This document shows positions 1 through 14,178 of a stretch of 64,000 bases of DNA, one piece after another. Positions within the stretch are counted from its first letter, which is position 1. Each line of letters starts with the position of its first letter. Source of the DNA: Fimicolochytrium jonesii. Its lineage: Eukaryota. The translations under genes were made by a program, and so were the position numbers. Below the pieces are notes generated by a model. That model was not told the DNA's origin and made no database searches. It saw only the letters and a program-made list of their open reading frames with translations. The stretch spans positions 1,550,001 through 1,614,000 of the forward strand of contig NW_026515669.1 of assembly GCF_025526975.1 (NCBI RefSeq), given 5' to 3'.

Positions 1-135
1 GCGTCCGTCTCACACGTCATCCGGTAGTTTTGCGTATTGGACGTACGGACTAGAACATGAAGATTAACAACTTATTGAGATACGCCGACGTTTCGAAGCT
101 CTCCCTTTTCCTATGCTATCCTATGACCTCAACCT

Positions 136-1087
136 TCATTTGCTCAACTTTTCCGCATGCCACCTCAAATGGTCCTCTACAAAGGTGCTGATGAAGAAGT
201 AGCTATGATCGTATCCTTCCTGCATACGGACTTGCACCTGTACTTTGTCATTCGTCTCTGCGGCACTTGTCAATTTGAAAACCTGCAGCTGTTCCTCGAG
301 GAAGTTGTCGCTGGTGCCTTGATCAACTAAAACGTCGCGTTTGGGTCCGTTATAGGACTCGATCAACGTTGTCGAATCGTACTTGCTCCACGCCGAGGTG
401 TTGGTGGCCCCGAGATAGTTCGAAAATGCCTTCTTGCCCCAGGGCACGTTCATCGGATTCGCTGGGTTCATCAGACGAGATGGATATGATCAGATCTTTG
501 CAAGGTTACAAGGTCGACGGGTTTTGCAAAGTCTCTACGTGGAAGAACCTACCAATAGGAGCGAAAGCCGAGATGCTTTTGTACTTCTCCGGATTCCGGA
601 GACCCAGTACAATCGCTCCATGCCCTCCCATGGAGTGCCCAAATACGCCGACCTTCGCCGTGTCGATTCTCAGGTGTCCCTCCACGGTCTTGGGCAGCTC
701 CTCTGTGATGTACGAGTACATCTTGTAGTTCTTCCACTTTTCCTCTGTCGCATCAACGTAGAATCCAGCGCCTGTCCCGAAATCCCAACTATCGTCTTCG
801 CCCTCAATACCCAGTCCACGTGGGCTCGTATCCGGCGAAACCACGATGAGCCCCAGTTCCGCCATCACGTTCTTGCCTCCGGCCTTTTGCATGAAGTTGT
901 CTTCAGTGCAAGTCAAGCCCGATAGAAAGTAGAGGGTGGGGAACTTGTGGTTCAAGTTGGTTGCGTAGTTCGGTGGCAGAAAGACCGAGTATTTCATTTC
1001 GCAACCGAGAAGCGACGATTGGTGGGAAAACTTCACGACGAAGCCACCGTGCGCTTTGGCGCGAGACAGTTCTTTCGGTGCAGCCAT
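136..1087 (-). CDS. ESD: S-formylglutathione hydrolase (esterase D), 2 exons
   Basis: Motifs LSGLTC, WDFGTGAGFY, GHSMGG (catalytic Ser) and GYDHSYFFI. A GT-AG intron at 462-552 joins APIA/NPMNVPWG in frame. Confidence 0.95.
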
Positions 1088-1408
1088 GCTGGAAGTCGGA
1101 TATTTGCGTTCGATGAGAGCGGGTATGCCGTAAGGTTGACTGGCACTACTATAGCAGGTTCTATATCTGCGTACTGTACTTGAAATCCGATTATTGCTAA
1201 GTTCCTGCTTCCTCGCGTCGTTTGTCAAGCAAGCGTCGCCAAGAGCATCAAGGGAGGATCAAGCGTCGTTTCGCAGCCCGCCAAACGTATGTCGGCGCTG
1301 AGCATTTCGCCAACTTGCGCTTCTTCACATTTGTGCAATTCGCCCGTTGCAACTCGCGGAACTCGCCTTTTGTAACCTCTTGCTTTCTCGTTCTCATCTC
1401 TCTTCGGA

Positions 1409-3081
1409 ATGCCTCCCAAAGAACCTTCAAAGCCGCCTCGAACTCGACCGCCAAACTTTCCGCCCGATTTCTACGCGTGCTACCTACTGCTGTCGCAGAA
1501 GCCAAAATGCGCCAATCACACTTATGTAGGGTCAACTCCGAATCCCTTGCGGAGACTGCGGCAGCACAACGGGGAGATCAAGGGTGGTGCAAAGAAGACC
1601 ATGAGGAAGAGGCCATGTGCGTGTTTCTGAATATATCAACTACGTTGTCCTATTGAAGTTGTTCTCACCGCTGAAAGTGGCCTGCAGGGGAAATGGTTGC
1701 AGTAGTGTGGGGCTTCCCAAACAAATATGCGGCTCTTCAGGTGAGAGAATGCACTAGCTTGTCAATCCTGGTGTTCCACAACTCACGTGTTACGTCGCTG
1801 GATAGTTTGAGTGGGGCTGGCAACGACCAAATCTTTCCCGGCATTTTACCACGGCGTACCCCGGGGTCTATAAAGGATCATGGGCAGAGCAGCTGCTGGC
1901 TATTAAGCTGCGTGTTCTTTCGGATATGTTGCACTTGCAGCAGTGGGCGCGTTGGCCGCTCAACATCCACTTCACGTCGGAGAAGGTGGCGTCAGCGTTC
2001 AATAAGCTTCCAACGGCTCCTCCGCCGCACATCCGCGTCTACTTTGGATCGCTTGTCGATATTATCTCGTACATCCCATCATGTGGTACGTCACGTCTTC
2101 TTGTATTGTCTTTGAATTCAGGCCTAATGCGGCGAGTTTGCAGCCACCAGGCCAGCTCCTATCAGAGACGAATGCGCGCTTTGCCGACAAGTTCTCGACA
2201 CCAGACAGACCGATTCATATGTCGACTGCCATGGGAAGGATTGCGAGATGCAGGCACATCTCCTTTGTATGGCAGATCATTTCTTAGTGACCGAGCAGGA
2301 ATTGGATCGAAGCCGTGATGAAACGGCAAAGGCCGAACTGCTTCCGGTGATCGGAGACTGTCCGCTGTGCCACATGGAACTTGTATGGGGCGATCTGATT
2401 TCACGGATACGAGAGAGGAGGAATGAGCCGCGCACCGCGGTATCGGACGAGGATAGCTCGGATTCTTCCGGAAACGACTCGGACGACGAGATGAATGATA
2501 TTGATGAGCCCAGTCAGCCAACGACGTGTGAGGAAGATTGCCTGAGAAATGGGGAAGACGGTAGACCGGCCGCTAGACCTATGCGAATGACCCGCGCTGC
2601 CGTGACACAGCAAACCGTCGAGGTCTTCACGCAGCGCCCAGTGTTGGTTCCGACCATGAGGATAAACGACATCGATCACTTGCGGTCGAATGCAAACCGT
2701 ATTCCCCCAGAACCCAATCCAGGAGATCCTCATATTCGGGATCTTCAGATCCCTCGAACAAAATATGTACGTACAGTGGTAAGCAGGAGCAAGGAAACCT
2801 ATGCACCTAAACAGCCGGACACACTGACAAGTCAGCGGCCAAGCCTGCCGCCAGCGGAGCACGTAAGACGAAGAAAATATGTGATCCATATCCCCGTAGA
2901 TAGCGATGACGAGAATGTGCCCCCTGGAATGGACCACCCGCAAGCTGGTATCGATGACGAGGAGACGACAGTATCAGCCCTTGTGGATGGTCTGCAAACA
3001 ATGAGCATTCAGGAAAACGCCGAGCGTAGCTGGAGAGCAGATTCTGTGGAGTCACATGATTTCAATGTATTCATTCAATAA
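1409..3081 (+). CDS. SLX1: Structure-specific endonuclease subunit SLX1 (GIY-YIG), multi-exon
   Basis: YACYLL...[26 protein letters not shown], then spliced [25 protein letters not shown]-terminal RING-like HLLCMA..CPLC...WGDLI. Confidence 0.93.
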
Positions 3082-3197
3082 TACTGGCCGTCCGGTCTCC
3101 TTGTACGCCGCTGAGCACCGATGTTTGGGTTGCCACTGTGGTCTATCCTCCTCATGATACCGAATGTGAATGGTGATACCATTGATGTCGTCTATAT

Positions 3198-4147
3198 CTA
3201 CTTGACCCGGAGCTTCGCCAAAGCCTCTTCGCGGCGGCTCTCGACGAGCTCTCGCTCCTCCTGTCGGGTGGTGTCGTAGGCCACAGTTTGTTGATTCTAT
3301 TCCGACCGAGAAGGAATTAGGTGGCAGGATACGCGGCGTAAATTGAGATATCGGTCCACTTGCCATGGGGTTCTCGGGGGACTTCTTCCACCGCTTTTGC
3401 AGAAGCTGCTTGTATTGCGTTAGACGGAGATTTGGCTGCTCCTCTTTGAGCAAAGGCATCTCTCGCTCTTCGAAGGCCGCCCAGGCACTCTTCATTCTCT
3501 TCTCAGGATGTCTCTCCATCTTGTCCGAGCTCTTCGGTGCCGTGCCCACTCCCGTCGTTAAATCTAACAAGTCCAAGGCCGCATCGATACCGGACGCGGC
3601 GAACTCGGGGATGTCAGCTCGTGCATCCGCTGCAAACGCTTCGTGTCTCTCGGTCCGTTGCGCTGCTTTCTTTGCGCTGCCCTTCAAAGCGGCACCTTTG
3701 GCGGCTATTGCATTGAGCTCTTTCTCCTCCGCTGCAAGCATTGCTTCTCTGTTACGGAATGATCTCAAATGAGCCTTCAATGCCGTGCTATGACGAACCC
3801 GAATACAAAATGCCCACCGTTCTTTCTTCTTCTCTAACAACTCTTGCTGCAAACAGAGTAAGTTAGCTCGTGAAAGGACGGCGAACCAGGAACGGGGAAA
3901 GAAGGTAACCACTGCATACGTCAACCCACCTTCTTCTGCTCTTCGAGCTCCTTTTTCTTATTGCCTTTTGCGCCATCGCTCCACTTGGCACTCTCTTGCT
4001 CCTCTTTCTGTTGTGCAGCCTAATTTGACCCCTCCGTGTTTATGATAGTCCCGCCTCAAGGTGTGAGTACACCGATTCTCCGCATACCTTGGACTTCTTC
4101 TCCGCCTCAGAGGCCGCCTTCTGGGCTACTCTTTCCTTCTTCGCCAT
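3198..4147 (-). CDS. CCDC124: CCDC124/Oxs1/Lso2-family coiled-coil protein, multi-exon
   Basis: Family signature ERHPEKRMKSAWAAFEEREMPLLKEEQPNLRLTQYKQLLQKRWKKSPENP. Lys/Glu-rich N-terminal exons begin at ATG 4147; stop at 3198 after a last intron. Confidence 0.88.
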
Positions 4148-4433
4148 GATGGGTTATCACTTGTGTGCTTTTTTGGGTACGTTGAACCGCGCTGCAAGCA
4201 GTCCGGAGAGTTGCAGCTTCGAAGGGATTCGGAAACGCGTGCCTCAGGCCTGCCTGCGCAGAGTCTCCTCACTTCTCTCACTTTCCCATTCGCATTTCCG
4301 CTGTTGAGTGTTGAATGTTGAGGTCTCTAGGGACGCCGTAGAAGCTCACTATGGCATGTAGTTTTGTACAGTAGATACTTCGGCTCCCATCTTCACTTTT
4401 GGCTAGGACCGTGACATCCTGTAGAGCGGCAAT

Positions 4434-7400
4434 ATGGTAGGCTCCGCCGTCACGTCTTACCATCTTCCTCTGGACTGAGCCTGCAACATATTGCAGATAT
4501 CCTTCACCGTAATCAACCCGGATGTCGTAGTTGAGAGAGATATCCCAAAAGAAGTGAAGGTATAGCAACTTGGTGCTACCGGTCCGTAATGCCAACTGTG
4601 AAACAGCTTAGTGACTTCCTGCTTTCGGAACAAGATCGAGCGAGCTCTCGACGTCTACAACAGGGCTCTTCTTCTGCTCCAGAACAAACGCAGAGCCGAA
4701 GCTCAAGCAGCGCTCGAGGATATCCTTGCCAGAGACGTCTTGCGGGAGAGATTGCCAGCTGCCTCGAAAGGGGCCCATAGCTCACGATTACATGCGCTTC
4801 AATATGTGGTCCACCTCAATTATGGAGGCCTGTTGGAACTTCAAGGAGAGTGGGCCGCTGCTCATCAGCACTACCAGAAGGTACGGATGCGACGGTAGAG
4901 ACCTGTTTCGGGTCGGGTACTGATCACTGGAGCAGGCCACCTTGGTAGATGCGTCGGACGCTGCCCTCTGGTGTAAGCTGGGAAGAACAGCTATGAGACT
5001 TCGCCGCTGGGATGCCGCATGTGCGGCATATTACGACGGACTCCAACGCACCGAAATCAGGGCATTGAAAACACAATGTTACGAGGGCGTTGTCGACGTG
5101 AGTTCGTTCCGGCCCCTGGCATCCTGCCCAACACGGTCTGACGCCGCTTACTCTAGGCGCTATATGAAATGGGAGAGCTCGCAACATGCTTGGACTACAT
5201 CAAGAAAGCTTTGAAGAACGATCCTGCTTGGGAGAGGGGCAATGTGCTGAAACGTCACATTGTGGCGGACTATGCGAAAGGGTTCTCACTGATCAGGTAC
5301 CGGCTTTGACCGCACTCTGGCGTGTATAACGCGCTTTCTAACACAGTCTCCCTGTAGTCTCCAGGCAGATGAAGTGAGTATGGAGGACATAGTGGAATAC
5401 CAAACGGGAGTTCCACAACAAGCCGATAGCATGCTGCAATCCAGGAACCCTGTGCCGTCGGGCAGTGCCAATTATTCACAGGCTCCTCGTACCCTACATG
5501 TGAAGGATCTCACCTGGGAATCCCTCGGGAACGAGCTCATAGACGTCTACGGTGGCTTGATTGGCTCATCAGATAGAACCCCAAACAGTCAAGATGGATG
5601 GCAGCTCCGGCAATTGCGCTTCGAATACGATTATATGGTGAAGGGGCCGTCAACTGAAATACCAAACTCGCAGAATGGCACTCACCCGGCAAATGGTGTA
5701 GACGAAGGAGCTGATGCTGTAATGGAGTACGCCGAACCAGACGTAGCTGACGACGGGATGGGTGACCCCATCCAACCCGACAACGAGAAGAAACGTCAGT
5801 TACCCGAGGCCGATGATTCCAGGCGTGTCTCAAAGCGGGTTCGGCACCGGTTAGAGCAAGAACAGCAACAGAAGACTACGGTTGACGTCGACTTGGAAGC
5901 ACTCATCGATCGATGCCTCCCGAATGGATGCTCGGTGAGGTGCTGCATGCCCTCCGTAGCACTTGGAAAAGCCCAAATGTTCTTGGATATGGAAGTCTAT
6001 CTGTCAGAGTTCTGCGCAAGGATGTTGGCTGCCCCCGTACCGAACGATGTCAACCGCAGATCGAAAGGGAAACGAGACCTACCACGGAGCCTGCCGATGC
6101 GCGGCCCCCACAGCCACTCTTCTGATGAGCAGACACGTCAAGATGTGGCGAACTTTATTGAAATGTCGACTTCGAAGAACTCCGGTATTCTAGATGTCAT
6201 TGCCCGATTTGTTCTGCACTTGCTTTCGGAACTTTGCGACGGCGACGCCCTCGAGAAAGATCCTCAGCCTTTGCGGTCACCTGCCTTGCAAAGCATCATC
6301 GGTGTTATGCTGGTCATACTCCAAAAGCATGATGCTTGGAACACTTTCCTTAGGTCTGAAGATGCACCAGTTTTTGGTCTAACCGAAACCGCTGACAAGG
6401 TCGCACCAAATCTTGGCTCAACCAAAGCTCCTGACTGGGAGATCGAGGACCGACGGCGTAGGGTTTTCGAAATCATCCTGCTTAGCTGCGAAATACTATG
6501 CTCTCAGTGGCTGGACGGTAGTACCACATCAGTCGAGCGATTCGCAGACAATGAAGAAGACCTTCTGCCCATGGACGGAGATGACTCAGTTTCGAACCCA
6601 ATTCACGGCATTTCTGTGCCGCTCGCACTGCGAAAGATTTTGGACTCATTGCATGAGATTTTGGAAAGTGGCGGTGAGAGCATTGGACTGGCTGCAAACC
6701 TCCGTTACCTCTGGGTGCACGGCCGGATCAACGAAGGTTCCGGAGACCACTCTCAGGCCTTCAAAAGCTATGCCGACTGCCGCGAGAAGCTGCTCCACGC
6801 CCACCCGCGCGTGGATGCCCCAGTCCGGAAGGTCGTCATCCCGCATTGTCCTCTAGACGGTGTTATATCTCTGGATACCCTAAGTCGGAAGTCGTTCGCA
6901 TGGGATGTGCATCGGCACATCGTGGACGTTCGAAAGCACTTCGCAGAAGGCGACTATACCAGGTCTGCAATGCTGCTAAGCAGGGTCTTCCTTCAGAGTC
7001 TCTCAGGCGAAGGACTGGAAGGTGACTTCGAAATCGATGAGCGTGAACTACGAATCATGTCCAAGGCCCGGGAAGTTGTGATTCGAGATTACACTTTCAA
7101 GCAGCGGCTCGAATTGCTGAAGATCTTTCGCGAATCATGCGATAAGCTTGGACTAGCGCAACACTCATTCGTTGGGGCGGTTCAGATGCTTCTCGAGGGT
7201 CTGTATCATCCCCCTGGAGAGGATGACGATTTCGAAAACTGCCTCGAAATGCTGGCTAGATCGTTACATCACTGCATCACCTTTATGCAAAGCTCTTCGG
7301 CAGACACCAATGATTGGACTCGGCTCTTGCGAGGATACCCGCCGCATGGTCTACGCCCGAGTGGCACACTCTACGACCAATTCGTGTCCGCCATCTTCGT

Positions 7401-10134
7401 CGCCATGCGGATGACGTGCGCATATCTGAAACACTATCAGGATATCCCAAGTCAGACTCGACGCATCACTATCACCAGACGCATCGCTGCACTGAAGCTC
7501 TTTTCCCTACGAAGCTGGGTCGCGGCGTACTACGTCTCATTCTCATTGCAGCGGGATGAGAGCCGAAAAAGCACTACAAGGCACAACTCGCCGGTTCCGA
7601 ATGGCCGCCACACGGTCAACGGGTCAGAAAACACAGAAGTGTCTGCTGTATCGGAAACCGCACATGAAGAGAATAGAGGTACCGAGTTCAACGGAGACCT
7701 GTTGAGTGTCGCACATACCGAATTGGGAAGACGATCAATGTGTGGTGCAGATGATGGTCTGCTCTTGCAAACCATTCTTCGGAACCGGGCGACAACAAAC
7801 GACGAAGCATTACGTGCGGAATTGCAGCAATGTTACTACTGCCTCTATGGTATCAAGTTCGACCATGGGGCAATTCTCACAGAACACTCGGCAGCGCCGC
7901 GTCCGTTCGATGAGGCCGCTGCTTCCAACGTCTTTGATGCGATTGCAGATACCATGCTCCAGAAACTCAACGTGCGAAACAGCCGCGGGATCACAGGCGA
8001 CTTGAAGGAATGCTTAGACAAGGTCGCGAAAGTCTTCCCCTCCCCGCCGTGGAAAAACGCCCGCGTTTTCCTCAATCGCGAATATATCGATCGCCTCCTC
8101 GAGGAGCCGATCGATATCGCCCAGTTCGCACCAGGAAGGATTCGAAGTGATACGATCCCGGCTTTCACATCTGAAGAGCGCTCTAAAGTATCTCACGTAC
8201 ACTTCAACATCTTCTTCCTGCAAGCGAAGTTGGCCCTAACACAATATCGTTCTCGGGCGCAAAGTTATACCGACACTCATCGCTCAATTTCCATTCTCAA
8301 AGACACTGTCGCCCCACACTTCCTGTTCGATCTGTACATGAACCCGCATCGGTTTGAGAGCTGGTTGCTTCTCGGTATTTGCTACTCTGCATTGATCAAC
8401 GAGCACCTTGCGGGAAGCGCTGCATTGATTGTAGATGCCTCGGACGGGATTCTGGAATGGCAAAGAAGAGCCTTCCATTGCTTTGTTCAGGCATACCGTC
8501 TAGTCGATGAGGCACCGAACAACCATACCGTTGTCACATTGTGGAGCGACCTGGGATTTCTCTGCTATGGCATTGCTTCCAAGCCAATGCATGGAGTGGC
8601 AGCGTACTCAAAGGCTCAAAAGATTCGGGAACTTTGGTTTCGACGGTGCGCAGGAAGCGAGCGAGCGGAAGAGCCACAGCAAGAACCCAATGGAACAGGC
8701 CCCGTCGATGAAGCCGAAGAAGCGGATATTCTCGAGGGCACTGTGGCGGCAATGACTGGTCTGGCGGCATACTGCTTCCGCAAAGTTCAGCGCATGGACA
8801 CCACCGACTGGAAGTTCCCTTTCATGTTGGCAACTCTGTACGCAAAACAGCGGAGACCGCCAAAAGACGTCATCGGCTTGTATCTGAGATCCATGAGGCT
8901 CGTTCCAAGGGACTGGACAACGAAAGACCAGGAGAACATCTTGGATCCGGTGGTGAAGCTGTTGGGATACCTTTGCAAGACCCTCTTTGCGCGGCGCATT
9001 GAGCCACAGGCGGCTCTGGCGGCCATTTCAAAGATCTGGGCCGACGTATACCCTCGCTTCCCACAGCTCCAACGGACGATACCATCTGACGAACGATATG
9101 TGAATGGAGACGATGAAGCAGGGGCTGCCCGTTTAATGGCAATTGACAGAATTTACGAAGCATTGGATCGACTGAGGCCGTTGAATGCCTATCAACACAA
9201 GCCAGTCTTCCGGGTAGGTCTTCTCCTTTCCGCCTTCGCCGGTAGGCGCCGCTGGCTCTGACTGGACAGCTTGGTACATAGATGGCATGGATACAGTACC
9301 GTGTACACAGAAACCCTGCCAGAGCGAAAGACATCTTGAGTAACCTGTTTCGCCTGGACGATAAGCAGCGGAAATTCGTACATTTTTGGAAGCCGGAATT
9401 CGAGAGGTACAGGAATATGAGCGTCGAGACGAGGCCTTCAAGACGCAATATCCTTACTTCCCATTCGATTGCAGACCGGGAAAGCATTTCATGTCGATTC
9501 ACAAGTACACACTCTTCATGATAAAGCTCTGTGTGGAACTCAATGATATTGACGGACTCCGGAGCCTCTGTAAAAAGTTCACAAAGGTGGAAGAGGTTCT
9601 GCTGTGGCCAGATAAGCTCTGGCAAGTGGCGTTCGAGGGCGGTTTGAGGGTAAGAGAAATGATCGCTCGACAACAGCATACGTCGGGCGCTGACTTTTGG
9701 TATCGTATCAGGTGATACGTCAAACCTTTAGTATCAACGGGAATGCATCCTCTCTTTTGCCCGAAACACTGTCTAAAGAAGCGTTCGACCGGCGGGCCCC
9801 GGAAGTAGAGCGTTTGATCCTCACTGCCGAGAACAGACCCGCAGGCTTACAGCAGTTGCTTTGGGGCGTGGAACTTGAAGACCTCAACAAAGGAAAAATG
9901 GACACGAAGGAGCTTCGTGTTCTCATGGCTTCGATCTACAGCAGCATCTTTCTGGACGCCGCCCACTCGATTCCAGAGGCAACTACACAGCCCGGTCCAG
10001 ACACGCTGGCTGCAGACTCGTCGACAAATGGTCTGGACGTCCCGATGGATGATGCGACTGCACCTCCCCAGGCGTCCGTCCCAGTCCGACTCGAAGACAT
10101 CCTGATGCGATGCCGCAAACTCCCCACCATGTAA
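4434..10134 (+). CDS. HIR3: HIR complex subunit Hir3/CABIN1-like TPR protein, multi-exon
   Basis: Spliced N-terminus M|ISFTVIN...KEVK|IERALDVYNRAL, TPR exon (DAALWCKLG...WDAACAAY), QCYYCLYG, DLYMNPHRFESW, WKFPFMLA and RPGKHF segments resemble Hir3/Cabin1. Includes a long exon spanning ORF 5374-9261. Confidence 0.8.
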
Positions 10135-10761
10135 TATACCGATGATACTTCGCTTTTCACAGAGAGTATCGAATCTCGGAACGTCCAAGCATTTTTCCCC
10201 GTCGAGTTTGACCGTTGCAAGAAAATCATCGTAGTTTGTAGACAGGCGAGGATCTTCATCCAATGTAGCGTTTGAATAGAATCTCCACCTTGTACTGTAC
10301 ACGTAAGGCGTATCTTTTGGAGCCGTGTGTCCGAAGATTATTCCCCTCCAATCTCGTAGATATGGTGCCATCACAGGACATGGGGACGTGACAGAAGGAG
10401 CAACGCGGATACGTCACGGTAACCGAACGTGATTGGCTGGGGGGCCGGACCGACGCGTTGGGTTGACAGGACCCTCCTAGCAAGCAGCCATGTGTGCCCT
10501 TCCGCCCCCTCTGGCATGTGTTGCTGCTGTCTAGTATATGAAATCAACTGTGGATATCTGTCCATATCGCCGCCGTTCAGCGAACTTCCTCTCCGCAACG
10601 CACGCCCCGGCCTTCCAACCCTTCCTACACACGTACGTAACTTCTGTGCCCACTCCGCTGCTACTCCGCTTGCCACCTCTTCAGTCTTTTCAAACTCAAC
10701 GCCGCAGTGTAAACCAGCCAAGAACCGAAGGGAGAAAAAAAGCACAAAAGAACCCCCAAAC

Positions 10762-11917
10762 ATGGCCGCCAACCTCACTCAAGCCGGCGGAAGAGCAGCG
10801 TCCCAACCGTCCGTTTTCGAAGCCACCCCAACATGGCGCCTCTTCCACGCCCACCACAAAATCCTACGAGCGCTAGCGTCCGCGATTATCCGGAAACACC
10901 ATGACTTTACATCGACAGGAGGCGCCTCCAGTATCGCTGGACGGTCGGCGTTTTCAAGTATCGGATACGCCGCTCTCCCGTCAGCTGCTCAAAGAGCCGC
11001 GTATCTGCGGGCCATGTCCACGGGAGCTGCGTTGAGCAACAATCACGGGGACCTTGCGGCTTATGTGGCGTTGACCGCCGGGGATCTGGCTCGGTTGATG
11101 GCTGGGAAAGGGTCGTCGTCGGAGATGCTGGCCTGTGGTGCTCGAGCTGGCGGACAGTATGGCAAAGAGCTGGCGGTTTCGTCCGTCGCTCATTTTGGGA
11201 AGGAAGGGCTTCTTCGAGCGTTGCAGCGGACGCTGCTTGCTATTATTGCGCTGAGCAAGGAGTTTTTGGCCAACCCCTGGGTTGACATCTCTGTCGTTGC
11301 CGCCGCTCTGAGCGCCCTTTCTTGGCTATACGTACGGCGTCTCCCCAACTCGTCACGATCTGCCCAAGCCGATTTCGATGAAGCGTTGCGAGTCGCAGCT
11401 CTAAATGATCCGACAAACCCAGACGGCATACTCTTCAATGAACCCCCTGAAACACCCGTCCCGATACCGTCCATTCCCGACCCGACGCCACAAGAAGCGT
11501 ATATATCCCAACTGGAATCGCAGAATCGATCCATGAATGATCAACTTCAGAAGCTGTCGGCTCGCGCCACACAATTGGCGGAGGCACTGGAGAGAAGCAT
11601 AAACCATGTGACGGATGTGGAGACACGGTTGGGATATCAGGGAAACGTCATTGAGCGGCTGGAGGAGGAAAATCGGACCCTCCGAACCGTATGTATCATG
11701 GGTGTAAATCTGACCGACTTGCCATCATTTGATCTAACATGTTTTGATACAGCGACTGGAAGAAATCCTCACAGCGTCAATGCATTCGGAGCTTAGGGTC
11801 CCTTCCGTAGTCTCACGATCCTCGGCAGGGTCCGTCGCATCCGTTCCGCCATCTCCGAGCTTGAGCTCATCTGATTCGTACGAATGGGTTCAACTTCCTG
11901 AAGCGTCACTCACTTAG
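10762..11917 (+). CDS. Hypothetical membrane protein with coiled coil and C-terminal Ser-rich W-x-x-L motif, 2 exons
   Basis: ATG 10762, hydrophobic segment WVDISVVAAALSALSWLYV and a heptad coiled coil. Phase-0 intron 11689-11752 (GTATGT, CTAAC branch, AG). The last exon ends SSSDSYEWVQLPEASLT*. Confidence 0.7.
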
Positions 11918-12605
11918 GAGCAATCACGAAACCCAACGCTCTTTATGGGCAGGGGCGCCTTGTTTCTTGTTGCATCATCGTTTGGTATTGTAGTATAAGT
12001 ATATCATCTGTATTTTGTCAAAACGGGTGTAGTACCCCATTCATTCTTCCTGCGTCGGAAGTTCCGGTGCTTGTGTACTTTTCTTGGGCAGGCTCGGAAT
12101 GAGGGAATGGTGCATATGCATATGCATTACGTTGATGCGAAAAAGCCTAGACTACGTTCAGCCTTACAGCTGTCCTCATCGATTCACATCGAGTATCTAA
12201 GAGATAGTTTTTCGGAAACGATACCGCGCAATATACAGTACAGTATGTTTCTTGGTTCTCGTAACGGTTGCAATCACAACATCAATTGGAACTCTGATAT
12301 CGATCGTGCCCAGCAATCACTAGTACTGGGACTCTGGTGGCCTTTTACACTACAGTAGATCTATGAAAACCACACGCGGTCGGCGGACGGGGGATGATGC
12401 GGGCTCAGGCCGATGACGATGCAAGACGACACTGCCCATCTGCTATTTCGGCTCTTCATGTCGGTGTGTCTTACTACTTGCCCGATTCAGAACTGCAAAT
12501 ATATATATACGTACAGTATGTCCGGGGGGAACCCCTGAACGCACCATTTGACAGGCAAGCGATTGCGGATGTGCGGGCAATGACATCACAGCGGGCGTGT
12601 TGGGG

Positions 12606-12620
12606 AGAACTTTCTCGAAT
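12606..12620 (+). promoter_or_regulatory. Heat shock element (3 x nGAAn)
   Basis: aGAAc-tTTCt-cGAAt is a perfect alternating triplet about 400 bp upstream of the Hsp40 ATG. A probable 5'UTR intron lies at 12782-12843. Confidence 0.75.
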
Positions 12621-13002
12621 CTCTCAGACGCCGGACGACGCGTTGGTCCGCCACAGAAGAAACACTGAGGCACTCCTCAACGGGCAAGCCCACCTTCCAC
12701 CTGCCCCCGCATCGCCACATCTCCTCGTTTTCTTCCTCCCGAACGCTTCTTTTCCCTCAACCAGGCCGTGTGATAAAACAGGTGAGTGGGGTGCGATCGT
12801 CTCCACACTCTTAGTGCACACCCACAATCACTTGGAACACTAGCGAACCACTCATCTCATACAAACTGCTTTTGGAACTTGCGTTCGGAAAACTCATCCT
12901 TTCACCTACCCTACCTCCATGCCAGTTCGAACATACGGAGCTCGTGACAGTCCCTCAAGCGAAAACACATCCAACAAACGCGCCCACACCGACTCCGACG
13001 CC

Positions 13003-14178
13003 ATGGGCAGAGACTACTATTCCATCCTCGGTGTGGCAAAAGACGCCGACGAGGACGCCATCAAGAAAGCATACCGGAAAGCCGCGCTAAAGTGGCATCC
13101 AGACCGTAACCCAGACAACAAGGAGCTAGCCGACAAGAAGTTCAAGGAACTCTCCGAAGCCTATGAAGTCCTATCCGACAAACAAAAACGAACCATCTAC
13201 GACCAGTTCGGGGAAGATGGATTGAAGGGCGCTGCAGGAGCCGGTGGTGCAGGGCCAGGTGGTTTCCCAGGAGCCGGCGGTGCCGGCGGATTCCCCGGCG
13301 GCTTCCCTGGCTTCCCTGGCTTCACGTCAGGAGGAGGTGGTCCAGGTGGTGCGCGCACATTCAGCTTCAACATGGGCGGACCAGGCGGCGGTGGTGCTGG
13401 ATTCCGACCGTTCCAGCCGTCCAACGCTGAAGACATCTTCCGTCAGTTCTTTGGAGGCGCCAGCCCGTTCGGCGGTATGGGCGGCGGAATGGGATCGGAT
13501 TTCGATGACGATGAGGGTGGAATGGGCGGAGGAATGGGTGGCATTCCTGCCGGTTTCTTCTCTCGCGGGGCTGGAGGACCAGGTACCGGCGCACGCGGTG
13601 GACCAGGTCGCGCAGGCGCTCAAACTCCCTCCGCCAGCTCCTCCGTTCAACGTCAACTCCCTGTCTCACTGGAGGACCTAAGCGCAGGTGCCACCAAGAA
13701 GCTAAAAGTCACCCGCAAGAATCTCGACGGCACATCATCGGAAAAGGTCCTCGCGGTGCAAATCAAACCGGGATGGAAAGCAGGGACAAAGATCAAGTTC
13801 GCAAAAGAAGGCGACGAACTACCCCCCCAAGGCAGCGGAAACGCCCAAGACATCGAATTCGTCATCGAAGAGAAACCCCACCCGAATCTCAAACGCGACG
13901 GCGACCATCTCCGCACAGACCTCACAATCGACCTCGTCGAAGCCCTCACCGGATTCAAGAAGCAAGTACCCGTCCTCAACGGCCGCACCGTCGAGGTATC
14001 CGGCGCGCAAGGTCCCGTACCCGCGAAACCGGGAGAGGAGATCGTCGTTAGAGGGGAAGGCATGCCCATCTCGAAGCAGCCGGGCAAGAAGGGGGATCTG
14101 ATCGTCAAGCTGAATGTCAGGTTCCCGCCGACGATCTCGCAGGCGCAGAAGGAAGGCGTCAAGAAGCTTTTCGCGTGA
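13003..14178 (+). CDS. SIS1: Class B Hsp40/DnaJ co-chaperone (Sis1/DNAJB type)
   Basis: J-domain [10 protein letters not shown]...WHPDRN, G/F-rich linker, CTD with [10 protein letters not shown] and GEGMPISK; no zinc finger. Confidence 0.93.
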   Translation: MGRDYYSILGVAKDADEDAIKKAYRKAALKWHPDRNPDNKELADKKFKELSEAYEVLSDKQKRTIYDQFGEDGLKGAAGAGGAGPGGFPGAGGAGGFPGGFPGFPGFTSGGGGPGGARTFSFNMGGPGGGGAGFRPFQPSNAEDIFRQFFGGASPFGGMGGGMGSDFDDDEGGMGGGMGGIPAGFFSRGAGGPGTGARGGPGRAGAQTPSASSSVQRQLPVSLEDLSAGATKKLKVTRKNLDGTSSEKVLAVQIKPGWKAGTKIKFAKEGDELPPQGSGNAQDIEFVIEEKPHPNLKRDGDHLRTDLTIDLVEALTGFKKQVPVLNGRTVEVSGAQGPVPAKPGEEIVVRGEGMPISKQPGKKGDLIVKLNVRFPPTISQAQKEGVKKLFA

